64,000 nucleotides of DNA from Candidatus Melainabacteria bacterium 17Bon1m (GTDB taxonomy: Bacteria; Cyanobacteriota; Vampirovibrionia; Obscuribacterales; Obscuribacteraceae): assembly GCA_032128875.1 (NCBI GenBank), contig JAVLKG010000002.1, positions 512,001-576,000 on the forward strand, given 5' to 3'. The position numbers and the translations under genes were made by a program. Under the pieces are notes generated by a model that worked only from the letters and a program-made list of their open reading frames with translations, searched no databases and was not told the origin of the DNA. Below, piece by piece: positions 9,265-18,944 of this stretch (position 1 is the first letter of the stretch; every line of letters starts with the position of its first letter).

Positions 9265-10316
9265 CATCTCCAGCCCTCAGCGATAAACTTGCCTCGGCTC
9301 CTTTCATGCAGGCGCTCAGACGTGAGAAGTCTGATTACACGCCGGTCTGGCTGATGCGCCAAGCCGGACGTTTTATGCCGGAATATCGCGAAGTTCGCTC
9401 GAAAACAGGTTTTCTTGAACTTTGCCACAATCCACAGCTTTGCGCTGAAGTGACTGTAATGGCCGTCGACTTGTTGAAGGTTGATGCCGCGATCATTTTC
9501 TCTGATATTTTGCTTCCGCTGCAGTCTTTAGGTTGCGGATTGGAATTTGTCAAAGGCGATGGACCGGTCATTCATAATCCAGTTCGTACTATTGACGATG
9601 TGGAAAAATTGCCTGCCATCGATTGCAAAGACAGCCTTTCGTATGTCCTCGAAGCAGTTAGAACTACCCGCCGAGAACTTCCGGAAAACATTCCCCTGAT
9701 AGGTTTTGCAGGAGCGCCATTTACGCTGGCTTCGTATTTGATTGAAGGCGGATCTTCGCGTAATTTCGAGAAAACCAAGCGCTTTATGTACACGCAAAGG
9801 CGTGCCTGGGACAAACTCATGCAGCATCTTTCCAAGATAATTACCGACCATCTCAACAATCAAATTGACGCAGGCGCGCAAGCTGTGCAGATTTTCGACA
9901 GTTGGGTTGGTTGTCTTGGCCAATCCGATTACACTGAATTCGTGCTGCCACATGTCGCACGCACCATATCCGGTATTAAGAAGGGCGCTCCGGTAATTCA
10001 CTTCGGAACGGGCACATCAGCTTTGCTCGAACTTTTGAGACAGGCCGGTGGAGACGTTATCGGCATTGACTGGAGAATCGAGTTGGCATCGGCCTGGCAA
10101 AAGGTGGGCTACGACAGGGCCGTTCAAGGCAATCTGGATCCGGTTGTGCTCTTTGCTGATAAAGATGAAATCAAAAGGCGCGCTGCGAATGTTCTCAAAC
10201 AGGCTGACGGCAGACCGGGGCACGTTTTCAATCTCGGTCACGGAGTGCTTCCTGAAACACCATATGAAAATGTGAAATATCTGGTAGAGATAGTTCACGA
10301 ACTCGGTCGCAAATGA
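9261..10316 (+). CDS. hemE: Uroporphyrinogen decarboxylase
   Basis: [45 protein letters not shown]. Confidence 0.97.
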   Translation: MTSPALSDKLASAPFMQALRREKSDYTPVWLMRQAGRFMPEYREVRSKTGFLELCHNPQLCAEVTVMAVDLLKVDAAIIFSDILLPLQSLGCGLEFVKGDGPVIHNPVRTIDDVEKLPAIDCKDSLSYVLEAVRTTRRELPENIPLIGFAGAPFTLASYLIEGGSSRNFEKTKRFMYTQRRAWDKLMQHLSKIITDHLNNQIDAGAQAVQIFDSWVGCLGQSDYTEFVLPHVARTISGIKKGAPVIHFGTGTSALLELLRQAGGDVIGIDWRIELASAWQKVGYDRAVQGNLDPVVLFADKDEIKRRAANVLKQADGRPGHVFNLGHGVLPETPYENVKYLVEIVHELGRK

Positions 10317-11785
10317 CATCGCTTGCCAAGAAAGTTGTCATCATAGGTGGTGGCATATCAGGATTATCCGCAGCATTTCGATTGACGCAACTATGCGGTG
10401 ATGAACCAATCGAAGTAACCCTAATCGAGGCTAGCTCCCGCTTTGGTGGCGTAATAAGAACTCAATTTGTCGACAATTGTCTGATTGAGCATGGTCCCGA
10501 TAATATGTTGACTGCTAAGCCGTGGGGTGTAAATCTCATGAAAGAGCTTGGCATGGAAAAACAAATCGTCGAGACCGATGAAGCAAATCGTCGTGCTTTC
10601 ATTGCTGCAAAAGACGGTCTTCTTCCCATGCCTGAAGGTTTTCGTTTAATAGCACCAGCAAGCATTGCCGCACTTGCCGCGTCTCCTTGTTTGAGTCTTG
10701 CAGGAAAGCTGAGAGCTGTATGTGAGACTCTAGTTCCACGCCACGAAAAATTGTCATCTGGTAGTTTGCCGGATGATTTTGACGAGAGTCTTAGCAGTTT
10801 CGTGACCCGGCGGTTGGGAAAAGAAGCGCTCGATAAGCTGGCTCAGCCATTGTTTTCCGGCATTTATACGGCTGATCCAGAAACCCTCAGCATGCGTGCT
10901 ACCATGCCGCAATTTCTCGAATATGAAGCACAGTATGGCAGCGTTATTCGTGGTCTGAAGTCCTCGGGCAAAGAGAATGGCAAAGCTGAAGCCGTTCGAT
11001 ACAGTATGTTTATCGCTCCGCAAAGAGGCATGGGGTCAATTGTCGACGCGCTGGTCGATGAATTGAAGCGCCATAATAATGTCTCGCTCCGGACTGAAAC
11101 ACGTGTCACTGATCTGAATTTTTCTACCTGCGAAAAACAATGGGCTGTAAAACTTGCCGATCAATCAACCATCAACGCAGATGCAGTCCTTCTCTGTCTG
11201 CCAGCGCATGGAGCTGCAAAATTATTGCGCGAGACAAATGCTGAAATCAGTGAACTCTTAGCGTTTATAAACTATGCATCGTCTGCAGTCGTCAACTTTA
11301 TTGTCGAGCGTGAACGGGTTCTGCACCCCTTAGATGGCTTTGGTTTTGTTGTGCCTGCCGAACTTGGAAAACACGTTCTTGCCGGCAGTTTTTCCAGCGT
11401 GAAGTTTAAAAATCGGGCGCCGGAAGGTCTGACTGTATTGCGAGCATTCGTGGGCGGAGCTCTATTTCCTGAGATGCTGATGCTGTCGGATGCGGAAATA
11501 CGCGATCGAGCGTTTGAAGATTTGAGCTTTTATTTGTCTATCAGTCCACCGGCTCGCGGTTTGCCCTACAAGCATGCCTCAGTGACACGGTGGAATAATT
11601 CTATGCCGCAGTATAAAGTCGGACATCGAAACACTGTGCGGGCGATTGAGAAGCAGATTGAAACTCTCAGCGGCGTTTTCCTTTGTGGCGCAGCCTATGA
11701 GGGCGTCGGTATCCCGGACTGTATTCGCAGTGCAGACAAAGCTGCCGAATCTGTTTATCTTTCTCTCTTCGCTACTGTTTCATAA
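10313..11785 (+). CDS. hemY: HemY-type FAD-dependent protoporphyrinogen/coproporphyrinogen oxidase
   Basis: GGGISGL FAD motif, EHGPD, GIYTAD, MPQYKVGH, GVGIPDCI; ATGA overlap with hemE. Confidence 0.93.
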   Translation: MTSLAKKVVIIGGGISGLSAAFRLTQLCGDEPIEVTLIEASSRFGGVIRTQFVDNCLIEHGPDNMLTAKPWGVNLMKELGMEKQIVETDEANRRAFIAAKDGLLPMPEGFRLIAPASIAALAASPCLSLAGKLRAVCETLVPRHEKLSSGSLPDDFDESLSSFVTRRLGKEALDKLAQPLFSGIYTADPETLSMRATMPQFLEYEAQYGSVIRGLKSSGKENGKAEAVRYSMFIAPQRGMGSIVDALVDELKRHNNVSLRTETRVTDLNFSTCEKQWAVKLADQSTINADAVLLCLPAHGAAKLLRETNAEISELLAFINYASSAVVNFIVERERVLHPLDGFGFVVPAELGKHVLAGSFSSVKFKNRAPEGLTVLRAFVGGALFPEMLMLSDAEIRDRAFEDLSFYLSISPPARGLPYKHASVTRWNNSMPQYKVGHRNTVRAIEKQIETLSGVFLCGAAYEGVGIPDCIRSADKAAESVYLSLFATVS

Positions 11786-11896
11786 TCGGCCATTTAATGA
11801 TTATTGACCGGCCCAGATTGGGCAAAGAACTTTTGGTTCTGTCTTAACGAGCGACATGCTCGCTGGAATTATGCCTTTCTAGATCGATGGAGTCTG

Positions 11897-12949
11897 ATGG
11901 AATCTGTAATTCGCAAAGATAAGGATGCCGCCAAGCGACCGCCCAAGCATAAGATTGCTACGGTAGATAGCGGCTGTAATCTTTGCGGGTCATTTCGCCC
12001 AGCTCTCTACACGAGAGGCAAGGAGCATGAATACACCAATACAACCGACGATGTGTTCACCATCGTAAGCTGCACTAGCTGCAAGCTTATCTATATGGAC
12101 CCACGCCCTGATTTCCGGGAATTGGGTACCATATATCCGCCCAACTATTACTCATACAATCAAGACATTCTGCGGCGCAAAGCTAATCCGCGTTCAATAT
12201 TGAGCAGTCTTCGCTACAAGGGCTTTCGTGCCAAAGTAGAAAAGTCCCTCAAGCTGGCGGGACTGGAAGAGAAGGGCCAAGTCAAAATACTCGACATTGG
12301 CTGTGGTGATGGGCATTTGCTTAACCTCTATCGCGAAGCTTATGGCGACAAAGTTGAGACGCATGGTGTCGACTTCAACTTAGAGGCGGTAGTTTTAGCC
12401 TCAGCGGCTGGGCACCTCACGTATAAGGGCAGGTTCGAGGATGCTCAGATAGGTGAAAACCAATTCGACCTTGTTGTCGCCAGCCATGTGATCGAGCATG
12501 TCTCGGACCCGGTCTGGTTTACCGAGAAAGTCTCACAAGTCTTGAAGCCTGGTGGTGTTTTCTGGTTTGAAACGCCCAACATTGGCTCTATCGATGCAAA
12601 ATGGTTCAAAGAAGGGCATTGGGGTGGTTATCACTTCCCGCGTCATTGGTTTTTCTTCACGCCTGAGACAATCAAAATGTTGGCTGAGAAAACGCGTTTT
12701 ACCCTTGAATCCATCGACTACGTGCCAAATGCCATTTTCTGGTTTTGGACTTTTCACAGTCTCATGGTCGCGAAGAGTGAAAAGCTAAGACCACTGGCTG
12801 ACTTTCTCTTTCCGCCCATCGATTTTCAAAAGGACTCGCTGGCCAATTTCCTGAGAATCTGCCTTTTCTCGGTGGTCGACGTTTTGATAAAGCGTCGCAC
12901 CGGGCAGACTTCAAATATGATCGTGGTTTTCCGGAAGCCTCAGTTTTAA
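11897..12949 (+). CDS. Class I SAM-dependent methyltransferase with N-terminal Zn-binding CxxC...CxxC
   Basis: CNLCG...CTSC, ILDIGCGDG, SHVIEHV, ETPN, WGGYHFPRHW; ATG 11897 with GGAG RBS. Confidence 0.85.
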   Translation: MESVIRKDKDAAKRPPKHKIATVDSGCNLCGSFRPALYTRGKEHEYTNTTDDVFTIVSCTSCKLIYMDPRPDFRELGTIYPPNYYSYNQDILRRKANPRSILSSLRYKGFRAKVEKSLKLAGLEEKGQVKILDIGCGDGHLLNLYREAYGDKVETHGVDFNLEAVVLASAAGHLTYKGRFEDAQIGENQFDLVVASHVIEHVSDPVWFTEKVSQVLKPGGVFWFETPNIGSIDAKWFKEGHWGGYHFPRHWFFFTPETIKMLAEKTRFTLESIDYVPNAIFWFWTFHSLMVAKSEKLRPLADFLFPPIDFQKDSLANFLRICLFSVVDVLIKRRTGQTSNMIVVFRKPQF

Positions 12950-12959
12950 CCGACAGCCA

Positions 12960-15023
12960 GTGAGCTTGGATAAAACACCAGTAACAGGGTCGCAATTCAG
13001 TGATTCGTCTTCTGCGGCGAACGGTGAAACTTTGACCATGCCGGTTTGCCCGTCTTGCGGCATGAAGCTTGCTCACGGAACGATCAAATGTCCTAACGAC
13101 GGCACGGAAGTAGTGACAAAGTACAAATCCGGCGATTGCCTGAGCGAGAAGTATCAATTTCTCGAATCAGTCGGCTCGGGCGGCATGGGCATCATTTACA
13201 AGGCCAATCATCTGGCTTTGAATCGCATCGTAGCCATCAAACTTCTGCACCCATATTTGTTGAATCCCGACACTATTATGCGATTCCAGCGCGAAGCTCG
13301 CACTGCTAGTAAACTTCGTCATCCCAATTTGATCGAAGTACAAGATGTGGGCAGCACTGACGAAGGTCAGCCCTACATGGTCATGGACTTCATTAGCGGC
13401 AAGTCCCTGTCTGATCTTATACGCGAGAAGGGGCGCCTCACGGTAGAGGAGACGATACGGATTTTTATTCAGATCTGCAATGGACTCGCTTATGCGCATA
13501 AGCAGAATATTCTTCATCGCGATTTGAAGCCCAGCAATGTGATGCTTGTCACTGATGAGCACGGCGTAACAGTAGCGAAGATTTTAGACTTTGGTATTGC
13601 AAAAGTATTGGAAGAAGGCGAGAACAAAGGCGCCACTTTGACAAAGACAGGCGATGTGTTCGGCAGCCCGCTCTACATGAGCCCGGAGCAGGGGTCCGGT
13701 GGAAAAGTCGATCGGCGCTCCGATTGTTATTCTCTCGGGTGTATGCTTTTTGAGTGCCTGACAGGCACGCCACCTTTTGTCGGCAAGAGCATAATAGAGA
13801 CATTGATGGGTCACGCGCAACAGCGCCCACCCAGTCTAAAAGAAGCTACTCTTGGCTCAGATTTTCCGGAAGAGCTCAATGCTCTTGTTTTGAAGCTGCT
13901 TGCTAAGGCTCCTGATGACAGGTATCAGTCTGTCGTAGAGGTACGCGAAGACTTGCAAGCTATCCTCGATTCATTGGCTCATGCTCATACTGACACACTT
14001 GATTCCGTCTCAAAGAGCGAATTGCGAAAAAAGGCGGGAAGTGACGGCACCGTATCTGATGGCAGGAAGAGTTTCTGGGTCACTGCCAGTGGAAAAGACT
14101 TGACTATTCTGCTTTTATCTTTGGCCGTGATCGTTTTGGTTGGCAAAGACATTTGGATCTCATACAGTGAGCAAAAAGACAGCACTTTGCCTACGGTTGA
14201 AGCAGACAATAAGTACAAGGTGAATTTCGAGTCTTTTGCAAACGATACCTCAAATGAAGTGCAGCGGACTCTGGATTTGCATCCAAGCGCAGACGTCTTT
14301 GAATTACGCGGAGTTGACATTGATGATTCATCTCTGGCTGTGTTGAAAAACAACCAGCAAATTCAGAAGCTCGATTTAGAATCTACAGGCTTGAAAGGCA
14401 CTGGACTTGCTGTTTGTCAGACTCTGCCCAATTTGGAAAAGCTGAACGTTTCTGCAAATCCATTGACTGACGAAGGAGTGATGGTAATAAGCCAGCTTCG
14501 CCAAGTAAAAAATCTTGAGATGAAAGGGATAACACTGTCTCCGTTGGCCATGAGCTACATCGGAAAAATGAAGAATCTGACCAAGTTGGAATTGGATGAG
14601 GATGACCTTCAGGATAAGAATCTCGCTTACTTGTCGAACATGCCCGCGCTTGAGGAGTTGTCGCTAAACGATCAGAAGAAAATGAGCGACAGGAATTTGC
14701 TTGTGCTGAGAAATCTTCCGGCTTTAAAAATGTTGGATGTCAGCGGAACAAAAGCGACGGGAAAAGGTCTCGTTCATCCTAACGAATACCCTCATCTGGA
14801 GAAGGTTTCGCTCACTGATAATAAACTTTCTGAAGAAGGTTTTCGTGCGCTTGGAAAATTGAAGAATTTGCAAGAACTGGATCTTCGTCGATCGACTTTC
14901 GATGCAAATTGGATCAAGTTTTTGAAAACTTGTCCAAGGCTGAATAAGTTGAAGGTGGCGGGCGAAGTAGACATGGGAACAATTGAGCGCTTGCTGCCCC
15001 ATGTGAAAATCAATCCGGAGTAA
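12960..15023 (+). CDS. Hanks-type Ser/Thr kinase with Zn-ribbon, TM helix and C-terminal leucine-rich repeats
   Basis: CPSCG..CPND; GSGGMG, VAIK, HRDLKPSN, DFG, SPE; TM LTILLLSLAVIVLVG; repeated LxxLxLxx units. Confidence 0.93.
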   Translation: MSLDKTPVTGSQFSDSSSAANGETLTMPVCPSCGMKLAHGTIKCPNDGTEVVTKYKSGDCLSEKYQFLESVGSGGMGIIYKANHLALNRIVAIKLLHPYLLNPDTIMRFQREARTASKLRHPNLIEVQDVGSTDEGQPYMVMDFISGKSLSDLIREKGRLTVEETIRIFIQICNGLAYAHKQNILHRDLKPSNVMLVTDEHGVTVAKILDFGIAKVLEEGENKGATLTKTGDVFGSPLYMSPEQGSGGKVDRRSDCYSLGCMLFECLTGTPPFVGKSIIETLMGHAQQRPPSLKEATLGSDFPEELNALVLKLLAKAPDDRYQSVVEVREDLQAILDSLAHAHTDTLDSVSKSELRKKAGSDGTVSDGRKSFWVTASGKDLTILLLSLAVIVLVGKDIWISYSEQKDSTLPTVEADNKYKVNFESFANDTSNEVQRTLDLHPSADVFELRGVDIDDSSLAVLKNNQQIQKLDLESTGLKGTGLAVCQTLPNLEKLNVSANPLTDEGVMVISQLRQVKNLEMKGITLSPLAMSYIGKMKNLTKLELDEDDLQDKNLAYLSNMPALEELSLNDQKKMSDRNLLVLRNLPALKMLDVSGTKATGKGLVHPNEYPHLEKVSLTDNKLSEEGFRALGKLKNLQELDLRRSTFDANWIKFLKTCPRLNKLKVAGEVDMGTIERLLPHVKINPE

Positions 15024-15032
15024 TATGCAAAA

Positions 15033-15070
15033 AATGCTGCTCACCGGCAGCATTCTTCTTTTACTCTTTT
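15033..15070 (+). terminator. Intrinsic terminator after kinase gene
   Basis: aatgctgc-N6-gcagcatt hairpin followed by long T-rich tract. Confidence 0.6.
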
Positions 15071-15098
15071 TCTTTTCTATCAAAAATCGGCGCTTTTG

Positions 15099-15131
15099 GA
15101 GTCAGACCGTTGGTCCGACTCTTTTGATTTT
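15099..15131. terminator. Second hairpin between convergent genes
   Basis: gagtcagacc-gtt-ggtccgactc (one mismatch) followed by ttttgatttt. Confidence 0.4.
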
Positions 15132-15278
15132 CAGTTCTTTCTCGGCTTAGCGCCGTATTACCGGAAGAACAAGCAACGCAACCAGAGTCCAACTCAGACA
15201 ATGATAAATATGCCCATCCCTTGGCAGCCTAAACGCAATTGAGGGTTTTGAAGATTAACATGCTCTCAGCTTTGCGGC

Positions 15279-16304
15279 TCAGGCACTATTAGGTTTGCGC
15301 GCAGTCAAAGACATATTAGATGTTGTTCCGGTCATTGCTTTCAAAACGACGTCCAGCAAAGTGAACGCGGATACGAATATCAGATTTTTCAAGCTGTTTT
15401 TCTGAAATTCAGTAGGTGGAAAGATCCAGTCTGAAAATCTGCTGAAACTTCCTTCCCTATCTCGATCTACTGAGCCAATGAGCGAATGCATTGTCCAGTT
15501 CCAGAAAGCCGGTGCCGGATGAAATTGCGTTTGTTCGACGATAAAACCGCGTTCTTCAATCATTTTTTTCAAAGTGTTCGGACTGTAAAAGATCCAGTGC
15601 CTGGGAAAGTGATATCCGCCCCAGTGGCGGTTCTTGAATAGCTTTGCGTCGGCGGCTTCGATGTTGGGTGTCTCGACAAGGAAGATGCCTCCAGGCTTGA
15701 GCACTTCAAATGCTTTTTGAGCGAAAAGTTTTGGATCGGCAACGTGTTCTATCACGTGTGTGGCAACTACAAGATCGAAGTAGGCTGCCGGGACATCGGC
15801 TTCTTCAAAGCGCCCTGCATAAACTGTATGACCGGCTTGTCGCGCCAGTTCTACAGCCTTTTCATCGAAATCTACACCATAAGTCTCGACATTCACGCTC
15901 CGTACTTGTTTGTACCAATTGAGCGCACGCCCGTCTGCGCAACCGATATCCAGCACTTTGACGGTAGAATTCGGACCGCACATCGATACAGCCTTCTCCA
16001 GGCGGTTCAGATAAACGTGCCGCCGGGCTTTGTAGAGAAGGGAATCGGTGTTCTCAGTGGCTTTTTGCGCTAAATGGTAGGCGTAATAATCGTTGGGATA
16101 GATTGTGGATAGTTCGGATACATCCGGGCGAGGATTGAGATAGACGAGTCCGCAATCCGTGCACTTGACCACGCGAAATACATCGGAAGTAGTGTTTTTG
16201 TACTCATGTTCTGTGCCCTCAGTAACCAGAGTGGAGTTATTACTGCCGCAGTTGTTGCAGCAGACCTCCACTTTCTTGATTGCTGTTTTCATGGCACTTT
16301 GCAT
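15279..16304 (-). CDS. Class I SAM-dependent methyltransferase with Zn-binding motif (paralog of 11897-12949)
   Basis: CNNCG...CTDCG, VLDIGCADG, THVIEHV, ETPN, WGGYHFPRHW. Confidence 0.85.
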   Translation of the reverse strand: MQSAMKTAIKKVEVCCNNCGSNNSTLVTEGTEHEYKNTTSDVFRVVKCTDCGLVYLNPRPDVSELSTIYPNDYYAYHLAQKATENTDSLLYKARRHVYLNRLEKAVSMCGPNSTVKVLDIGCADGRALNWYKQVRSVNVETYGVDFDEKAVELARQAGHTVYAGRFEEADVPAAYFDLVVATHVIEHVADPKLFAQKAFEVLKPGGIFLVETPNIEAADAKLFKNRHWGGYHFPRHWIFYSPNTLKKMIEERGFIVEQTQFHPAPAFWNWTMHSLIGSVDRDREGSFSRFSDWIFPPTEFQKNSLKNLIFVSAFTLLDVVLKAMTGTTSNMSLTARKPNSA

Positions 16305-16461
16305 TTCTTGCTCTTAGCCAAGCCCAAAGGCGGCTTAATTTGTGTTTGCGGCGCTCCAGCTACAATTTTTACGATAGCAGGCTTCAAGATTCAACTTATG
16401 GCGCCCCGCTTGCTGCATAATTCTAAGAACGGTATCCCTATAAAAGCGCAGAAACTACCCT

Positions 16462-18135
16462 ATGCCACGTAAGCAAGCGCCAGCGCAGGAAGAAAAGCAG
16501 AGCCGTTCCGGCTCGTGGGTGCAGGTCGAAGGCGGCCCGATTTTGGCTTGCATAGACATGGGTACCAACTCATTTCACATGATTGTCTGCCAGGCCAGCC
16601 CTGAGCGTGACCATTTCGAAGTGATTACCAAGGTAAAAGAGGCGGTGCCCTTCTTCAGACGGTCGCTCACTGCTCACTATATCGACGAAGTAGCGTTGCA
16701 TTCGGCGATAAGCATTTTGAAAGTAATGCGCAAAAAGGCTTATGAAAAGGGTGCCAACAGCATTGTAGCCGTGGCAACATCGGCAGTGCGGGAATCTCGC
16801 AACGGTGCTGAAGTACTGAGCAAAATCAAAGAAGAATTGGAAATAGATGCGCGTATGATCTCCGGAAAGGAAGAGGCGCGCCTGATTTACCTCGGTGTGT
16901 TGTGGAGCATGCCGAAGCTGAAAGGACAATTCGGTATCGTCGATATCGGCGGCGGGTCTACCGAAGTGATCATGGGTGATCGGCATGGCATCGGCTTTGC
17001 TGAATCCTACAAACTTGGTGCTGCTCGTCTTACTCAACGATTTTTCAAGAAAGGGCAACCGACGCAAGAGACACTGCGCGAACTGCACGATGAAGTGAGG
17101 GGCGTGCTGCGCCCTGCTGCTGCAAGGCTCAACGAACTTGGTGGAGTACAGCAACTGATCGGTACATCAGGTACTGTTCAATCGCTTGCGAAAATCGATC
17201 GTGCGCGTCAAGGCAAACCCGGACATGAACTGCAGGGCTGGAAAATCTCTCAAAAACGCCTTGAAGAGATAGTCTTACTTATCGAAGAGAGTTCTATCAA
17301 GCAAGAGAAAATCAAAGGTGTAAGTTCTGATCGAAGCCAGACTATTCTTGCAGGCGCAATTGTTTTGCTTGAAACCATGCGTTCTTTCAATGTATCTGAA
17401 GTCATAGTTTGCACCGCAGCACTAAGAGAAGGCTGTGTTGTCGATCGATTTTTGCAGACCGGTTGGTTGGATGGCGGATTGAAAGAACATCGCGATCCGC
17501 GCTCAACATCAGTGCATCAACTCATGGACAAGTATCATGTGCCATACGATCACGCCGAGCAAGTAGCGAGAATCGCCTCTGACATTTTTATTCAAACGCG
17601 CGGCATTCTGCATGAATACACACCATATGTAGGACATCTCCTCTGGTCCGCATCAATGTTGCACGACATTGGGATGTTTATTGGAAGAAACGGGCACCAC
17701 AAGCATTCGTATTATTTGATCAAGCATTCTGGACTGCTAGGACACTCAGAAGAGGAAGTCGGCATCATTGCAGCGATTGCTCGTTATCACAGAGGCAGCG
17801 AACCGAAAGATTCGCATGAGGCGTTCTATACTGTCACGCCTGAAAATAGAAAGGTGCTGACCGATATGGCAGCAATTTTGCGTGTCGCCGAAGCTCTAGA
17901 TCGCAGTCACAAACAGGTTATTGAGCGAGTCACAGTGGCAATGCAACCGTTTCAAAAAGGCGGCTATGAGAAAAAACTGTTATCGCTTATCGTGAAATTG
18001 AAATCCGGCGAAAATTGCTATTCGGAAAGTTGGGCATTGCTCGAGAAGAAAGAGTTTTTCGAGAATCAGTTTCAAGTCCGGCTCAGTCTGCAGGTTCAAG
18101 CCGAAGCAGGCTATGCGGTTAAGTCGAACAAATAG
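16462..18135 (+). CDS. ppx: Ppx/GppA exopolyphosphatase with HD domain
   Basis: IDMGTNS, ATSAVRE, EEARL, DIGGGSTE, LREG; C-terminal LHDIG...HHKHSYY. Confidence 0.93.
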   Translation: MPRKQAPAQEEKQSRSGSWVQVEGGPILACIDMGTNSFHMIVCQASPERDHFEVITKVKEAVPFFRRSLTAHYIDEVALHSAISILKVMRKKAYEKGANSIVAVATSAVRESRNGAEVLSKIKEELEIDARMISGKEEARLIYLGVLWSMPKLKGQFGIVDIGGGSTEVIMGDRHGIGFAESYKLGAARLTQRFFKKGQPTQETLRELHDEVRGVLRPAAARLNELGGVQQLIGTSGTVQSLAKIDRARQGKPGHELQGWKISQKRLEEIVLLIEESSIKQEKIKGVSSDRSQTILAGAIVLLETMRSFNVSEVIVCTAALREGCVVDRFLQTGWLDGGLKEHRDPRSTSVHQLMDKYHVPYDHAEQVARIASDIFIQTRGILHEYTPYVGHLLWSASMLHDIGMFIGRNGHHKHSYYLIKHSGLLGHSEEEVGIIAAIARYHRGSEPKDSHEAFYTVTPENRKVLTDMAAILRVAEALDRSHKQVIERVTVAMQPFQKGGYEKKLLSLIVKLKSGENCYSESWALLEKKEFFENQFQVRLSLQVQAEAGYAVKSNK

Positions 18136-18159
18136 AGAATTAGTGATACAGGTTTTGGA

Positions 18160-18927
18160 ATGAAAAAAATTGCAATCGCGACAATGGCTCTTGCCGCATT
18201 TAGTCCTGCATTAGCTCAGACTTCGAGTTCTCCGAATTCTCTACCGCCACCAGCAAGCTCCCTCGGCGCTACCAACCCGCCTGTCAGTGTCCAGCAGACC
18301 AAGTCATTTGAATTGTTTCGTCAGGGACAAAACGATTTCATTCAGAAGAATTACTCAGAGGCTGAAAGCAATTGGAAGAAGGCGATCGAGTTGGCGCCAA
18401 CTGAAAATGACAATAAAAGTAAAGCCGAGTGCATGTGCGGACTGGCAATTGTCTATACGAAGCAAGGCCGCATCACTGATGCCAAAAAAGCGAGCGACGA
18501 AGCAATTCAATTCATAACAAGTTCGTTCGGCGCAGACGATCCACGCCTGGCACTATTGAAAAGACTATCGGAAGGTGCCAGCAACAAGTGCGTAGCGCCT
18601 TCCGTCGATGAGTCAGGGTCTGAATGGATGAAGAATATCGAAGCCGGAACAGCAGCCATGAACTCGGGTAATTTCAGCGATGCGGTGTCTAGCTTTGAAG
18701 CTGCGCTGGCTATAGTCGACAAGACTCAGCCTGATTCAGGAGTAGCTGCTGCAACTCTGTCACCCTTAGTCGCTGCCTATTTGAAGTCCGGAGATCTGAA
18801 GAAGGCAGAAGCGACAATCAATAGAGCGCTACCCCTGTGTAAGAAGTATTTCCCGGACAAGCCAAAGTTGACCGAAGCACTGCAAAGTGAATTGGCTTCC
18901 CTGAAAGCCAAGCAGTCTAAACCGTAG
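18160..18927 (+). CDS. Secreted TPR protein
   Basis: Signal peptide; TPR-like helices (NYSEAESNWKKAIELAP, GNFSDAVSSFEAALAI). Confidence 0.75.
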   Translation: MKKIAIATMALAAFSPALAQTSSSPNSLPPPASSLGATNPPVSVQQTKSFELFRQGQNDFIQKNYSEAESNWKKAIELAPTENDNKSKAECMCGLAIVYTKQGRITDAKKASDEAIQFITSSFGADDPRLALLKRLSEGASNKCVAPSVDESGSEWMKNIEAGTAAMNSGNFSDAVSSFEAALAIVDKTQPDSGVAAATLSPLVAAYLKSGDLKKAEATINRALPLCKKYFPDKPKLTEALQSELASLKAKQSKP

Positions 18928-18944
18928 AGATTAACGGAACCGGC

